This document shows positions 63,521 to 64,000 of a stretch of 64,000 nt of DNA, one piece after another (positions within the stretch are counted from its first letter, which is position 1; the number at the start of each line of letters is the position of its first letter). A model generated the notes under the pieces. The model was given only the letters and a program-made list of their open reading frames with translations. It did not search any database and was not told where the DNA came from. The DNA lies in assembly GCA_905235375.1 (NCBI GenBank), contig CAJOLH010000004.1:2133-66132 (forward strand). The letters are read 5' to 3'. This DNA comes from an uncultured Bacteroidales bacterium (GTDB taxonomy: Bacteria > Bacteroidota > Bacteroidia > Bacteroidales > UBA3663). The position numbers and the translations under genes were made by a program.

Positions 63521-64000
63521 TCACTTGATGACGCGAATCTTCATGCGCACGTCGGTCTTTGGGCGATTAACGGCATTGCTTTCGAGGGCAGCAATCTTCG
63601 TAATGACATCAAGCCCCTCGACAACCTCGCCATAACACGTGTACTCACCATAGATGTGATAGGCACCACCTATCGTACTATATGCTTCACGCTCAGCAGG
63701 AGTGAAGAAACGAGTACCAGGCATAGTGCGGGCGATGCTGTCGATATCGTGGTTGATGCGACGAGCCAACTGATTGTATTCGGCTATGCTTGTAGTCTTG
63801 AGCATCGCCAGCGAATCTTTCACAGCCTGGGTCATCACCTTGCGTTGGGCGGCCTTGCGTGCGTCTGCATTGTGGGTCTTTTCCCAATTATTGAGCGTGG
63901 CTTCGCTCATCACGTAGCCATCGACTATGAAGAACATCGACATGTCGGAATTGACCACACCTTCACGATGGGGAGCACAGAGCGCGCCCTTCTTCGGAAC
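63521..64000 (-). CDS. cyclophilin-type PPIase, 5' end beyond the window (partial)
   Basis: The frame is open to the window edge (..GALCAPHREGVVNSDMSMFFIV..). C-terminal YGEVVEGLDVITKI. It carries the same kind of helical insertion as the 24020..24763 paralogue. Confidence 0.8.
   Translation of the reverse strand, partial: VPKKGALCAPHREGVVNSDMSMFFIVDGYVMSEATLNNWEKTHNADARKAAQRKVMTQAVKDSLAMLKTTSIAEYNQLARRINHDIDSIARTMPGTRFFTPAEREAYSTIGGAYHIYGEYTCYGEVVEGLDVITKIAALESNAVNRPKTDVRMKIRVIK

Overview
Chromosomal window from a Bacteroidota genome, probably Prevotella/Segatella-like. The evidence is SusC/SusD pairs, T9SS C-terminal sorting domains, TAnnTTTG -7 promoter boxes, no Shine-Dalgarno sites, and roughly 50-60% GC in coding sequence (judged by eye). 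About 38 genes can be supported.

Gene content:
- A SusC/SusD + GH144-like + GH3 polysaccharide utilisation locus with a divergent Y_Y_Y/LuxR transmembrane regulator (predicted beta-1,2-glucan or sophoro-oligosaccharide use).
- Three T9SS cargo proteins.
- Housekeeping genes: purM-like, radA, rpsP, tRNA-Thr, speA, nspC, DPP-IV and two cyclophilins.
- A GH43 gene next to a Na+/solute symporter.
- A HisC/CobD-like + LicC-like + LicD operon.
- An AT-rich island carrying a DUF4143-type ATPase and an XhoI/PaeR7I-like type II restriction-modification pair.

The genes are ordinary. The non-coding layer is not:
1. One promoter-plus-leader cassette recurs in front of at least four, probably five, exported-protein genes.
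2. The long leaders and one 1.16-kb ORF-free spacer are built from a small set of reusable repeat modules (called A-F here).
3. Many gene ends carry long hairpins built from locus-specific 9-14-bp 'words'.
4. One of those word repeats (GAGGGGTTY, 9 bp) sits in frame inside purM and inside the symporter.
5. A 126-bp (3 x 42 bp) tandem array beside the R-M island combines terminator-like hairpins with a coding-like substitution pattern.

All family names come from motif recognition by eye. No HMM, BLAST or folding run was possible.
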